DNA from: a virus
IMG/VR virus record: IMGVR_UViG_3300037137_001027
Coordinates: 95,508-159,507 of that record
Length of the DNA: 64,000 nucleotides
Direction: 5' to 3' (one strand)
The notes below the pieces were generated by a model, which was not told where the DNA came from, made no database searches, and was given only the letters and a program-made list of their open reading frames with translations. This document shows positions 18,615 to 29,605 of this stretch, in pieces; position 1 is the stretch's first letter, and the number at the start of each line of letters is the position of its first letter. The translations under genes and the position numbers were made by a program.

Positions 18615-21600
18615 ATGCCAGTCGATGTATTTGACCGTAAGGTAAGTGCCAGTATTGACGAGATTAAGGCAGCATTACTTGGTGATGTTGGCAACAAAAA
18701 GACTGCGCAAAAAAAGGATGAAAACACCGAACAACTTAAAAAGCTCAATGATAATCTAGAAAAGATTGTTGGAAATGACCTTGACAGGGAATTAAAAGCT
18801 CTTAACAAATTAATCAAGCGAGTAGCAGATTGTTGTGAAGAACAGTCTGGCAAACGAAGTCAAAATCTTGATAAAGAAGCAAAAGCTTATGCTAAGGCAG
18901 TTGCCAAAGCATTAAAGCCAGCTAATGGTGGCGACATATCAAAAGTAATTAAAGATACATTTGGCGGTATCAAACCAGCGTTCGATAAAATTACTGATAA
19001 AACGATGGATTTTGGTAAGGCTCTGGAAAGAAGCCAAAGAAGATTTAGTGCTGCATTCGGTATGATCGGCAAGGACTTCACAAAAACTTTTGGCGATATA
19101 GGGAAACTAAATCCTTTCAAGTGGTTTCAAAAAGAGGGGGAGAAGGCGACTAAAGAATCCCAAAACATGTTCCGCAGTGGGTGGAACACAACCATAAGTT
19201 TTTTCAAAGATAACTGGCAGCGCATGACTACTGCCGTCTCAAGTAAAGCTTCTGCTTTGTGGGAAGGAGTTACGAGTAAAGCTTCTGCTTTGTGGGAAGG
19301 AGTTACGAGTAAAGCTTCTGCTTTGTGGGAAGGAGTTACGAGTAAAGCTTCTGCTTTGTGGGAAGGAGTTACAAATAGGGTTTCTGGCTGGTGGAAAAAG
19401 ACCACCGATGTAGCTTCTGATTTATGGGGTAAAGTTACAAAAAGGGTTTCAGATAGTTGGGTCGGCAAAACATTTGGTTTTATAGGGCGTTCTGTTGATA
19501 CGCTGGGTAAGGCTGTAGGCGGTACAGTTAGAAATTTATTAAATTTGGGCAAAACCACAGGAACAGGAAAGCAAAAGAAATCTCAAAGCGATATAGATGA
19601 TTTAACTGGCAAGGGTAGAACAGTGCATGGTGAAGGAACGCCAGTTGGTAAAGGGCGTAAAACAAAAGGAGCAGGTGGTACATCTGATTTATGTCGTTGT
19701 ATTTGCAGATGTATAGGAAAGCTACTTGGAGTAACCAAAGAAGGAGTAAAACAATCTAAGCAAGGAGTTAAGCACTCTAAAGATATCAGTAAAATTGGGT
19801 CAAGTCAATTGCGGCAGGGCGCGAAAAAAGACATGACATTAAAACCAGCTACAGACACAGGTGAAGACATTCGTAAATCCCTGGAGGAGGAGAATGACAG
19901 GCGTGAAAAACTAGAAAGAAAAAGGGCAAATTGGGAAAGACGTAGCCAGGATGTAAAAGGCCACATAAAGACGGCTACTGGTTTCCTTAGTCAAGTCATG
20001 TCAGCAGATAAGGGTGACACTGCGAGAGTAATAGCTCAAGGCTTGGCTAACAGCATATCAAAAGCTGCTGGATATATAGTTGGCAAGCCACTTGAGGTAT
20101 TAGGTGGCTTTTTAGAGAAACAAAACGTTGAAATCCTTGGTTTTGGTGGCAACTTAGCTTTTCTTGGCGCTCCAATTAAATTCTTGGGTGAAGCTCTTGG
20201 TGGTCTTGCTGAAGGTATAACAAGTTTAGTTTTACAGCCATTAGCGGATGAAGTGGTTAATTTCCAAGAAGAAATGCAGGCCATGTATATTACCAGAGGT
20301 GCAACCAGAGGTGGTCGAGTTGCTGGAGGTGTTGGTGCGCCAGGTCTTACTGGAATGGCTCAAGGGGTTCAGGATTGGACTAACAACATAGATATTGCGG
20401 CAAAAAAAGAAGAGATGTTGGGGCGTAATGCTGCGGAAATTGCTGAAACAGGGCAGAAATTATCAACGATCCAGAAACAGCACGTCAAAAACCTGAAAAT
20501 GGGTATTAGAGAAGAAGATAAGTTTAACAAAGCCTCTAATATTGGTTTAAGGGCATCTTCTCAAATAGGTTCTAATGCTGAGCAAACAGCAGATATGTTC
20601 GCTGAGTGGAAACAGAATTTAGGCGCATCAAATGTACAATTAGGGATGATGGAACGTGGTTTACTAAGCATTGCCAGGTCTACAGGCATATTTGGAGACA
20701 ATTTAATTAAGGTTGCAAGGTCGTCTCAAAAATTCATGGAATATATGAGAATGTCTGGTACTTTTACAGCCAAAGCATCCAACAACATTGTAGGTTTGAT
20801 GGCTGAAGCACAAAAACGTGGTGTTAGCAAAGGTATGGAAAATTTATTAGAGGTTTTTAAGCAAAGTTTGCTTAGTCCAGAAGGCGGTGGTTTAAAAGAT
20901 TTCGTAACAGCATCAATTGGAGGTGATGAGCCATTAAGGGAACGTATGATAACGGGGACGTTGATGCAAGATCGTGGTTCACAAAAGATGCTTGCTCAAA
21001 ATATGAGTAAAAAGTTCAATGAATGGGCTGCGGACATGTTCCAAGGTAAGAAATTTGACCAATTAAGCATTGAAGAAAAGGGCTTGTTTGATGTTTTCAT
21101 AAGGCAAATAACAAAGAATCAAGCTGGAGCGGAAGAGTTAAATCAGCTTATAAAAGGCATGATAGAAAATACAAAAAACTTCTCTGAAAGCATGAAAGAC
21201 TTAGAAGCTGGTGCGAAGAAAGGCAAAGCGGGTTTAACCGAACAGGAAAAAACTACACAAAGACAACAACTCATCTATAACACAAGTGATGAAATACTAG
21301 AAGATTATACGCGAGCATTAAAAGAGTCAACAGATGCAATGGGCAAAGCAGACGTTGGCAAGGCTTTCGAAAAGCTTAAAGAGAGTTCAGAGGATTTAAC
21401 CAGTTTTTATGAAAGCCAAAGCATCGACATGAATAAGGGTGCCGCCTCGATTGGCGATATTCTAAGAAAACAGGTAGAACAAGTCCGTAAAAGGGCAGAG
21501 AAAGAAGGTTTAACAGCACAGATGATAGGAGCAGCAGGCATTGAAAAAGAAGATATAGACAATGCATTAAAGGAACTAGAAAAAGGCAATACAAAAGATT

Positions 21601-24137
21601 TTGAAGATTTAAGGGCAAAAATGACTGCTCTCGAAGGCAAGACAAGAGAAGAAATGAGACAGAATGCTGATCCGATTACCAAAATACAAATGTTAGTATT
21701 CAAGATGGAAGGCCATCTTAGACTCATTATGAGAACCTTAATTACTGAAATTGCGCCTGAAATACAAGGATTGATGAATGATTTCGACGTGGTTATGGAT
21801 CGAGCCGCGAAGGAATATGCTAAAGGTAACACGGAAGAAGCTGTCAAAATCATTGGGGATTATATGAAGAAAATCCCTGAAGATATCACAAAAAGCAGAG
21901 AACAAATAGACAAAATGCCAAGGGCATCGACTGCACAGAAAGGTTTCGCAGGTTTCCTTGAAGGTATCATCGGTAAAGGTTCTTTGGGTGGTGGCGCGCT
22001 AGAAGGATTGGGTACGACGATTCAGAAAAATGCTAAGGAAATATCAGACGCCATTAAGGATATTACAGAGAAGATCAAGATGCTCAAAGATAACATATCA
22101 TCAATAGCCAAAGTGTTTGGTGTGTTAGCCGCTGTGGTAGCAGGTGGTACTATTGCTGTGCTAATCATGGGTATTGTTGCGGCATTAGGACCGATGGGCT
22201 TACTTGGCGTGCTTGCGGGGGGTGGTATTGCCTATGCTATTTGGGATATTGTACAAAATCTTAAAGAAATAAAGAGAATAAAGGACGAAGAAAGAGGCGT
22301 TCAGGCAAAAGTTCAACAACAAGTAGAAGCTACCCAAAGACGGAATGTTGAAACCGCCGCTGATTTGGCAAAACGTGGTGAAGTAGAATTGTTGGAAGTG
22401 CAACGAGCGAGACTTAAATTAGAGCTTGAACAACAAAAAACAGCGCTTAAAGGAAATGAGAAGACAGCAAAAGAAGCCAACCAAGCTGCCGTAGATGGAG
22501 AGTGGTATTTGCATGAAGTATTCACTGAAACTTTTACACGATCCTGGGGAGAGCAACAGGCGGAAAGAGATGTTACAGCCAGTACAGCTAAAACAGCATT
22601 AGAGCATAGAAAGAAAGAAGTTGAGTCCCGTGAAAAGGCACTTGCCGATTTAGAAAAAAACTTAGCGATTGCTAGGGAAAATGCTGCCAAATTACCAAAA
22701 AGTGCAGAAAGGGATTTGGCTAATTGGACGGCACAATGGGAAAAATTCTTTCTAGAACACAAGCCCGAAGCATTATCGCCTATACAGCAAAGAAAAAAGA
22801 AGGCCATCATGATTAGTGGAACTCAATGGGATGCTTCAGAGGCTGGTAAATATGGAGAATCATCAGACGAACAATATGTGAGACGATCTTTGGCAATAAA
22901 AGCACCTCAGCAAAGACTCTTGGGGGTTACGAAAAAGGATATTCCACAATATAAAGAACTTAGTCAAATTTTATGGACCAAAGGATATGATGAAGCGGTT
23001 GCGTATGTTAAAAAGAATGCTGAAACTTTAAACATGGATATTGCACAAGCAATGTTTGATGCATATGGTGAGAAGCTTCCCGCTGATCTTAGAAAAAAAC
23101 TGATTTCTTATGAGCCAGCCGCCCTTGCGAATCTTCAAAAAGCAGCCCAAGAATCAGGCTGGTTGAAAAAAGCCCAGCTTGGGCCAGGGGGCAAAGTAAT
23201 TCAAAAAGAGGAGGTTTTAAGCGCTGAAACGTTTATGAAAGCCAGAGAATTAGCAAGGGCGAGGGGTGCGGAAACCCCTGAACTTGCTGATGTTCAGAAA
23301 GTATTATCTAATCCAGAAATTGTTCAACTAAACCAAAAACAACTTGAGTATTTAAAAAAGATGGTTGAAGCCAATGACACAGCAAATGCAATTGCTAAAT
23401 CAAAAAATATGCCTATCTCCGAAGACAAAGCATTTATAGCTTCGCCTGAGACGCTTAAAAAGTTACAGAGCATAGGAACACCAACTGCGGCAACCACAAG
23501 CGGACAAGCACCACCAGTTGCCCGTGGCCCAACTTCTGAAGAACTTCGGGCAATGCAAGAGAGAATAAATGGATTGCAAGAACAATTAAGGAATAAGTCT
23601 ACCAAATTCGGTGATCCAAACTTTGTTGGACCACCTTCGTTAGAAGATATGGCGAAGGAAGCAATAACCCCGACAGGAGGTGGCTCTATTTATACACATG
23701 ATAAACGATTAGAAAATCTTGCAAAAGAAGAGTTAAAACAACAAGAAAACTCTATAATTGCGAAGCCAGAGCTTATGGGACCGCCAATGACAGATGAAGT
23801 TAAAGCAGCAGTAAATAAAGAGATTAGTGTTAGTCCAACGTTGCCAGGCATGTCTAGTGCCGCAGAGGATGAAATTCGTCGCAGAAATGCGGAAATGCAG
23901 AACAGTGGTGATGTGGATATGGCAAAAACAGAAGAAAACACAGGTACTACCGCAGCTAACACAAGGGCAATGGCTAAAATGCTGGGTCAAATAGGAAGGA
24001 TATTAACCAAAAAACGCAGTAATGACCTTGGTTTAGAAGGACCAGATTATCCAGTAGAAGCTTTCTTTGAAGAAGTTCTAAATACAAATTGGGATAGCGC
24101 AGGCATAGGCAGAAGTGGCGGTTTAGAGTTTGAATAA
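18615..24137 (+). CDS. tail tape measure protein
   Basis: 1840 aa, helical, 11-aa Trp-periodic repeats, central TM hairpin, directly upstream of baseplate genes. Confidence 0.85.
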   Translation: MPVDVFDRKVSASIDEIKAALLGDVGNKKTAQKKDENTEQLKKLNDNLEKIVGNDLDRELKALNKLIKRVADCCEEQSGKRSQNLDKEAKAYAKAVAKALKPANGGDISKVIKDTFGGIKPAFDKITDKTMDFGKALERSQRRFSAAFGMIGKDFTKTFGDIGKLNPFKWFQKEGEKATKESQNMFRSGWNTTISFFKDNWQRMTTAVSSKASALWEGVTSKASALWEGVTSKASALWEGVTSKASALWEGVTNRVSGWWKKTTDVASDLWGKVTKRVSDSWVGKTFGFIGRSVDTLGKAVGGTVRNLLNLGKTTGTGKQKKSQSDIDDLTGKGRTVHGEGTPVGKGRKTKGAGGTSDLCRCICRCIGKLLGVTKEGVKQSKQGVKHSKDISKIGSSQLRQGAKKDMTLKPATDTGEDIRKSLEEENDRREKLERKRANWERRSQDVKGHIKTATGFLSQVMSADKGDTARVIAQGLANSISKAAGYIVGKPLEVLGGFLEKQNVEILGFGGNLAFLGAPIKFLGEALGGLAEGITSLVLQPLADEVVNFQEEMQAMYITRGATRGGRVAGGVGAPGLTGMAQGVQDWTNNIDIAAKKEEMLGRNAAEIAETGQKLSTIQKQHVKNLKMGIREEDKFNKASNIGLRASSQIGSNAEQTADMFAEWKQNLGASNVQLGMMERGLLSIARSTGIFGDNLIKVARSSQKFMEYMRMSGTFTAKASNNIVGLMAEAQKRGVSKGMENLLEVFKQSLLSPEGGGLKDFVTASIGGDEPLRERMITGTLMQDRGSQKMLAQNMSKKFNEWAADMFQGKKFDQLSIEEKGLFDVFIRQITKNQAGAEELNQLIKGMIENTKNFSESMKDLEAGAKKGKAGLTEQEKTTQRQQLIYNTSDEILEDYTRALKESTDAMGKADVGKAFEKLKESSEDLTSFYESQSIDMNKGAASIGDILRKQVEQVRKRAEKEGLTAQMIGAAGIEKEDIDNALKELEKGNTKDFEDLRAKMTALEGKTREEMRQNADPITKIQMLVFKMEGHLRLIMRTLITEIAPEIQGLMNDFDVVMDRAAKEYAKGNTEEAVKIIGDYMKKIPEDITKSREQIDKMPRASTAQKGFAGFLEGIIGKGSLGGGALEGLGTTIQKNAKEISDAIKDITEKIKMLKDNISSIAKVFGVLAAVVAGGTIAVLIMGIVAALGPMGLLGVLAGGGIAYAIWDIVQNLKEIKRIKDEERGVQAKVQQQVEATQRRNVETAADLAKRGEVELLEVQRARLKLELEQQKTALKGNEKTAKEANQAAVDGEWYLHEVFTETFTRSWGEQQAERDVTASTAKTALEHRKKEVESREKALADLEKNLAIARENAAKLPKSAERDLANWTAQWEKFFLEHKPEALSPIQQRKKKAIMISGTQWDASEAGKYGESSDEQYVRRSLAIKAPQQRLLGVTKKDIPQYKELSQILWTKGYDEAVAYVKKNAETLNMDIAQAMFDAYGEKLPADLRKKLISYEPAALANLQKAAQESGWLKKAQLGPGGKVIQKEEVLSAETFMKARELARARGAETPELADVQKVLSNPEIVQLNQKQLEYLKKMVEANDTANAIAKSKNMPISEDKAFIASPETLKKLQSIGTPTAATTSGQAPPVARGPTSEELRAMQERINGLQEQLRNKSTKFGDPNFVGPPSLEDMAKEAITPTGGGSIYTHDKRLENLAKEELKQQENSIIAKPELMGPPMTDEVKAAVNKEISVSPTLPGMSSAAEDEIRRRNAEMQNSGDVDMAKTEENTGTTAANTRAMAKMLGQIGRILTKKRSNDLGLEGPDYPVEAFFEEVLNTNWDSAGIGRSGGLEFE
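19242..19373 (+). repeat. 33-bp tandem repeat x4 in tape measure gene
   Basis: agtaaagcttctgctttgtgggaaggagttacg (SKASALWEGVT). Confidence 0.95.
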
Positions 24138-24151
24138 TAACAAGGAGGATA

Positions 24152-24769
24152 ATGCCAAGAGGAACTAAAAATGATGGGTCATTAGCCCCATTACAATATA
24201 CATCAATAGGTGGTGGAAAATGTGAAATACAAACACCTTGCGGATGTATTACATTAAAAATACTTCCAGAAATTACGGATAGTAAAGGAGCGCAATATGT
24301 CAATGACCCTGCCCCTGGCAGATCAAGCCCAATGTTGACTTATGCCTACTCAGAGTCTAGAAATATAAATACAGAATTACACTTCATGATAACCACATTT
24401 GACGATATATCCGAAAACATCAGAGCAATTAGAATTATCCAAAATTTAGTTTACCCAGGTGCAGGCACAGGGATAGCTCCTTTTACGCCGCCGCCTGTGA
24501 TTAAATTTGTTTGTGGTCAACTATTAGATGGACCTGATGGATTATGTATGGTACTTAAAAGTTATAACATACGTTATCCTACGGAAGTGGCGTGGGATGT
24601 AAAAACTTTTCTACCTTATAAATTTTCGATTAGTTGTAATTGGGAAGTTGTTTATCCGTGTAACAAATTGCCAGTTAATAAGTGTATAAACAGGGACAGT
24701 GGTGATGCTATTTTGTTCCCTGGAGACGATTTCTCGCCAGGAGAATTCCCACAGTTTTATCAAAAGTAA
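24152..24769 (+). CDS. tail tube initiator / baseplate-tube junction protein
   Basis: GRSSP...Y..SESR.I..ELHF...LVYP...PPP.I.F; position after tape measure gene. Confidence 0.7.
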   Translation: MPRGTKNDGSLAPLQYTSIGGGKCEIQTPCGCITLKILPEITDSKGAQYVNDPAPGRSSPMLTYAYSESRNINTELHFMITTFDDISENIRAIRIIQNLVYPGAGTGIAPFTPPPVIKFVCGQLLDGPDGLCMVLKSYNIRYPTEVAWDVKTFLPYKFSISCNWEVVYPCNKLPVNKCINRDSGDAILFPGDDFSPGEFPQFYQK

Positions 24770-24784
24770 GCATAAGGAGACTAC

Positions 24785-25108
24785 ATGCCTAAACCAATTG
24801 AATATTCCAAGATGGAAGGAAGGTCTTATGTTCCTCCGACAAGTAGGTACGCTATGACTCCAATAATATATTACGAAGGCAAATTAGCATATCCTATATA
24901 CAGGAAGAAAAAAGCATCATTTAGTTCACAAGATCAACACTATGAAATAACAAAGGAAGTAGAATTCCGACCAGATATTGTATCATATAGGACATATGGC
25001 GCACCCGATTACTGGTGGAAGATAATGGAAATGAACGGAATGAAAGATATTTTGGAGTTCAGAGCAGGAAGAAACATTATCCTGCCTGGCGGTAGTTTAA
25101 TGTTTTAA
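24785..25108 (+). CDS. baseplate wedge protein, T4 gp53/LysM-like
   Basis: RPDIVSYRTYG.PDYWWKIMEMNG. Confidence 0.85.
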   Translation: MPKPIEYSKMEGRSYVPPTSRYAMTPIIYYEGKLAYPIYRKKKASFSSQDQHYEITKEVEFRPDIVSYRTYGAPDYWWKIMEMNGMKDILEFRAGRNIILPGGSLMF

Positions 25109-25116
25109 GGAGAAGT

Positions 25117-27312
25117 ATGGCTGTTCCACCTGTTCCACCTATAGAACCTGTGTGTTCATATGATATAGACCCTAATTTTCCACTTGTTTGCGATGTAGAT
25201 TATACAAAAGCATATTGTTGTAATCCTGCGCCTACAAGTGGGGATAAATTCGTGATATGCAAGGAAGAAGTCGGTGATTGTGTTGTTGGCATACCTGGCC
25301 CTGGCGCTCAGTACATGACTTTCCCCATCAGGAATAGTGATGACCAACCAATGTTAAAAACCGCATTGAATGGCACCACAATGTCAGCTTGGGTAAAGAT
25401 AGCTTTCCAACAATATTGCGGTCCTATTGAATATGCGCCCACAACTGCTCAAACCATTATTACGATGGGTAACTTGTCTCAACCATGTAATCCAGAACAA
25501 TGTAAAGCTATTATTAAGGCTTTTCAATATGGGTGGGGTACTGTTGACCAGGGCAATAAAGTCCGAGTCACAATTATGGATCAAAAAGGCAGTGAATTCC
25601 AACAATGGGTCCAAAGAATGGGCATTAACCCTGAAGGTAACTCAACACCAATTCAAGGTAAATATCGTATGAAAGTACAATGGGGTTGGTATGTTACTGG
25701 TGGCGCAGATGAAGATATTTGTGGTCAACCACCAATGCCTTTAGGCGACCCTGATTGTGGAAATAATACAGATTTAACTCCAGGTGGTCATCTTCCTATA
25801 ATTCCCGCAGCGCCAGGTTTTAATTCAGCATTCATAATTTGTAGTCCAGTATTATATTTTTTAACTGACTGGATTAACGTGCATTACGAAAATGGCAAGT
25901 TTATATATGAAGTCGAGGGTACAGATACATTACAACGTGGTCAAGAGAACAAAATTCAACAGATTTTTGGACGCTCTGGCAAACATTTCTACTTTACCAA
26001 GGCTGTTGAATTACTAGGGCAGGTTTCTTTCCCGCAGTTTCGTGTTGAATTTAAATGTTTAGATTCGAATGGTAAGGAAACGGACATAGAATTTGTAAAA
26101 CCAAATGGTGATACTACCTGTAGAGAAAAAAAATCAGAAGATACTGATTGTCTAGGATACGGACCATATAAAATTTACAGGGCCGATACCCGTGGGCCAC
26201 TTGAAATAATACGGGAGTGGCTCAACCAAGGTGTTTTGGCGAGAGACAAAACTGGTAAAGTTACCTCAGATAAACAAAGAGTTGGTATTACATTAAATTA
26301 TGACCCAACATATAAGTTTGTCCCAGCGGACGACATTAAGGACAAAACCACAAATGATAAATGTGCTACATGTACCTCTTCTCAACCACAATATGGAAGG
26401 TTGCTTGTGTGGGCGAACGCCATACCTTATTGTCAAGGAAACTTTACTGAAAGTCAAATTAACACTAGGTTAAAAGCTGTTTATATAGTTAACGGTGGAA
26501 ATTGCTCACCAGTATTAGCATTTGCTCCTACGTTCAGATGGCACGCAATGGCTGCACAACGAACCGCTGGTAACTCCACGCCAGTTGTAGGTACAAATGT
26601 CGATCAGAGAATAGGTTTCCGTAGAGTTAACTGTCCAATTGCTGCTGGCAGCGGCCCTAACAAGAATGCCGTACCAACAGGTACTCAAGAAGTTCAAATA
26701 ACTACTACACCTAGCACCCAAACGCAAGAGGCAGTATTTCACCACGTTATGGCTAACTTAATGATTGGTGCTATTGAAGCAGACTTAAGAGTTCAAGGTG
26801 ATCCTTCTAAGTGGTTATGTAGTCCAATTTATGGGTATGGAAGATGTGTTGGTATAGTGTTCGTTAATCCATTCTTCTTGGTAGACGACCCAAACTCAGC
26901 AATTAAATGCCCTGGATGGTTTGCAACTGATCCTGATAGTCCAAATGCTGCATTTAAAAGCAGTATTAACGAATTGCTTACGAGTAAAGGATGGTTTATA
27001 TTTGGTGTAGATCATCAAATTAAAGATGGTCAATACATAACTACTATAAAACTTAAACTAATTGCGCCTGGCGCTGAATTAAATCAAGCTGGTTCTGTTG
27101 TAAATCTTGGTGCGTGGGATGGCACAAGTATAGATGAAGGCACACCAATGCCATTTGGCGGTAGATTTGGTTGCTTGGATAAATTCTTAGTTGGTAATGC
27201 TGGTACTGCTTGGGGACAATCAGGGGATTGCCCTGGACACGTCACATGGATTGGTGGTGGGACAGCATGTTCTGATAACTATGTAACTGATCCTAACTCG
27301 CCACCAGATTAA
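25117..27312 (+). CDS. baseplate hub protein (gp27/gpD-like), Cys-rich
   Basis: Synteny; VQWGW, EADLRVQGDP, GWFIFGVDHQIKDGQYITTIKL. Confidence 0.7.
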   Translation: MAVPPVPPIEPVCSYDIDPNFPLVCDVDYTKAYCCNPAPTSGDKFVICKEEVGDCVVGIPGPGAQYMTFPIRNSDDQPMLKTALNGTTMSAWVKIAFQQYCGPIEYAPTTAQTIITMGNLSQPCNPEQCKAIIKAFQYGWGTVDQGNKVRVTIMDQKGSEFQQWVQRMGINPEGNSTPIQGKYRMKVQWGWYVTGGADEDICGQPPMPLGDPDCGNNTDLTPGGHLPIIPAAPGFNSAFIICSPVLYFLTDWINVHYENGKFIYEVEGTDTLQRGQENKIQQIFGRSGKHFYFTKAVELLGQVSFPQFRVEFKCLDSNGKETDIEFVKPNGDTTCREKKSEDTDCLGYGPYKIYRADTRGPLEIIREWLNQGVLARDKTGKVTSDKQRVGITLNYDPTYKFVPADDIKDKTTNDKCATCTSSQPQYGRLLVWANAIPYCQGNFTESQINTRLKAVYIVNGGNCSPVLAFAPTFRWHAMAAQRTAGNSTPVVGTNVDQRIGFRRVNCPIAAGSGPNKNAVPTGTQEVQITTTPSTQTQEAVFHHVMANLMIGAIEADLRVQGDPSKWLCSPIYGYGRCVGIVFVNPFFLVDDPNSAIKCPGWFATDPDSPNAAFKSSINELLTSKGWFIFGVDHQIKDGQYITTIKLKLIAPGAELNQAGSVVNLGAWDGTSIDEGTPMPFGGRFGCLDKFLVGNAGTAWGQSGDCPGHVTWIGGGTACSDNYVTDPNSPPD

Positions 27313-27324
27313 TAAGGATAAAAA

Positions 27325-29598
27325 ATGGCATCTAAAAACGTAAAAGAGCATATTAAAGCTTTATATGACTTAGTTCAAGCTCATGAAAAAAGACTAAGGG
27401 AGATGAACTTTCAGGCTAATTATAAAAAGATATTCAAGAAGAAGCTCCAATATTACCAACAGAGGATATCGTATCGCGGACTACACTTAGCTTTATGCGT
27501 AGATACACGCGATCCACTAAAACAGAACAGAGTTAGATATTTCAGTCCAATCTTGCATAATGGCTTAATGTTTAGCCAAAAAGCTCTATTTGATGGGCAG
27601 CCTGGCGAGAGCCAAGTTACTAAATTAGAGGCTTTAGATTGGGCGTGGCCTGTTTCCTCAATGGGTGGTTTTGACGATACTGGATTAAATTGGGTTCCAC
27701 CTCCAGGGTCAATGTTATGTTTAATGTTTCTGCATGGCTCCCCACAAATGGTATTTTACTTAGGTAGCACTTGGTACAGAGATAAGGGACCAATCCAGCA
27801 CGACAATTGGAACTATCACATCCAAGAATATTACAAGATTTGGGAAGGACACCGTAATGGTTACATGGTAGGCGCAAACGATGAATCACAGGTTTACCCA
27901 CACAACAACACTGATAATTACCAAGGTTACGATGTAGACACACAAACAGATGTGGAGTTCTCCCCCGACTCGGTTACTAAAACTACCTGGCCACATCAAT
28001 ACAGTATTTCCAGTCCAGAAAAACACCGCGTTATCATGGACGACGGTGATCCAAAGTGTAATAGAAGATGGAAGAGATTAGAAGTAATTTCAAGTATGGG
28101 TAATCTTTTATTAATGAAAGATGACCCATATCATCCATGTGGTGAATGGCTAAATCCACAATGTTTTATTTCTTATGTTGACGTAGTGCCAAAAATTTGC
28201 GCTGTGTCGATGACAATTTATACTGATCCTCTCAACAATATAATAAAATTTGTTCCAACCGATGTACCTTATACTTGTCCGCAAGGTCCAGAAAACTGTA
28301 ATACAATTCCAGAAACTCCAAGTTTAACAGTAGACCAAGAATATGTTGGGACTGGCACTTTCTCCTTTCCGTCAGGTGGCGTGACAGGCGTTGGATACGG
28401 TGGCGCTCGCATCCCTGTCGTGGTAGGGAGAGAAGATTGGTGTCCACCAAAGACGCCATTTCCTGACGTTATTCTACCAGAAATACCGAAAGATTGTTTA
28501 CATGGCATTATCGACGGTCTAACCGACTTTTGTTTCAAATTTAACAACTATGGTAAGAACAAATATCAAAAACACAGACACGATTGTTACCCATATTATT
28601 GTCAAGATTGCGGGTTAAATCAGTCGGGCATTCAAGTTCGTTCTCGTTCAGGGGCCACTATAGTATTTGATGATTCTGTGGAGGAGCCAAGGGAAAAGCC
28701 AGAATGGGAACGAACTTTGAAGCCTTTCGATTATGACGGTTGCACAGGTAATTTCCGTGGTAGAACTTACTGGCGTTCCGCAACAGGTCATTATATCGAA
28801 ATGGTTGACTATGAAGACCAACCACACTTACGAAGTAAACGCAATGGTATTAACATCGTTACTGCTTGTGGTAATCAAATTTGTTTGAATGATGAAACAC
28901 TGCCAGGCTGTGTTGCTGGGCCATTGCGCGGAATTCACATGAAAAGTACAGCCAATCATACTTTTGATATGGTTGACGAACTTAATAAACAATGCAGTGC
29001 TGACCGTAATGGTTGTTCTAAGACTGGTCCTTACGCAAAGAAAGCGTTCGTAAGACTTCGAAGTGGTTACGGAATAACGGTAACATTATGCGATTTCCAT
29101 GACCAGACGAAGACTGACCAGCAGTATTTCCAGATTATGTCGCCTCAAAAGGATAATCTTATTCGTGGCCCACACGTTCTTCATATGCAAGAACGCCCAC
29201 ATGGGCCAGGACAAATCTTCCTGCGTGCAGGTGGAGATTATATCGTTTACTCTTACGACAAATTCGTGGAAGTCGTGGGAGAAGAGAAGGATAATCCATC
29301 CGACAAAATGGAGTTTATTTCTCGCCATAAGTTAGTGAGCGTTAAAGACGTTTATTATAATCGTGCTGGCACTCATGTATTTTGGGCTGACGACTATATA
29401 TTCTTACTGGCTGGAAAGGATTGCGAGCCACAAAGCCCTGTTGGACAGGGGCAACCTTGTGTGTATCCAGTTGTAGTCGCTTTCCAACAAATTCCTGAGT
29501 ATGTCTCTGCTGTTACAGGACTTAAGGCAAGCGAACATGTGTTTGCTTCCGCACTACATGAGCCAGAGCCGTGTGAAGGAATAGCCAGCGATACTTGA
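27325..29598 (+). CDS. baseplate central spike (gp5/VgrG-like), Cys-rich
   Basis: OB-fold DPLKQNRVR...WAWP...VPPPGS....F..GSP...YLG; repeated S..GH.I...D units. Confidence 0.8.
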   Translation: MASKNVKEHIKALYDLVQAHEKRLREMNFQANYKKIFKKKLQYYQQRISYRGLHLALCVDTRDPLKQNRVRYFSPILHNGLMFSQKALFDGQPGESQVTKLEALDWAWPVSSMGGFDDTGLNWVPPPGSMLCLMFLHGSPQMVFYLGSTWYRDKGPIQHDNWNYHIQEYYKIWEGHRNGYMVGANDESQVYPHNNTDNYQGYDVDTQTDVEFSPDSVTKTTWPHQYSISSPEKHRVIMDDGDPKCNRRWKRLEVISSMGNLLLMKDDPYHPCGEWLNPQCFISYVDVVPKICAVSMTIYTDPLNNIIKFVPTDVPYTCPQGPENCNTIPETPSLTVDQEYVGTGTFSFPSGGVTGVGYGGARIPVVVGREDWCPPKTPFPDVILPEIPKDCLHGIIDGLTDFCFKFNNYGKNKYQKHRHDCYPYYCQDCGLNQSGIQVRSRSGATIVFDDSVEEPREKPEWERTLKPFDYDGCTGNFRGRTYWRSATGHYIEMVDYEDQPHLRSKRNGINIVTACGNQICLNDETLPGCVAGPLRGIHMKSTANHTFDMVDELNKQCSADRNGCSKTGPYAKKAFVRLRSGYGITVTLCDFHDQTKTDQQYFQIMSPQKDNLIRGPHVLHMQERPHGPGQIFLRAGGDYIVYSYDKFVEVVGEEKDNPSDKMEFISRHKLVSVKDVYYNRAGTHVFWADDYIFLLAGKDCEPQSPVGQGQPCVYPVVVAFQQIPEYVSAVTGLKASEHVFASALHEPEPCEGIASDT

Positions 29599-29605
29599 GG
29601 AATAG

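Noticed and set aside
19242-19373. 33-bp direct repeats as a CRISPR array
   Set aside because: Head-to-tail with no spacers, in frame within the tape measure gene
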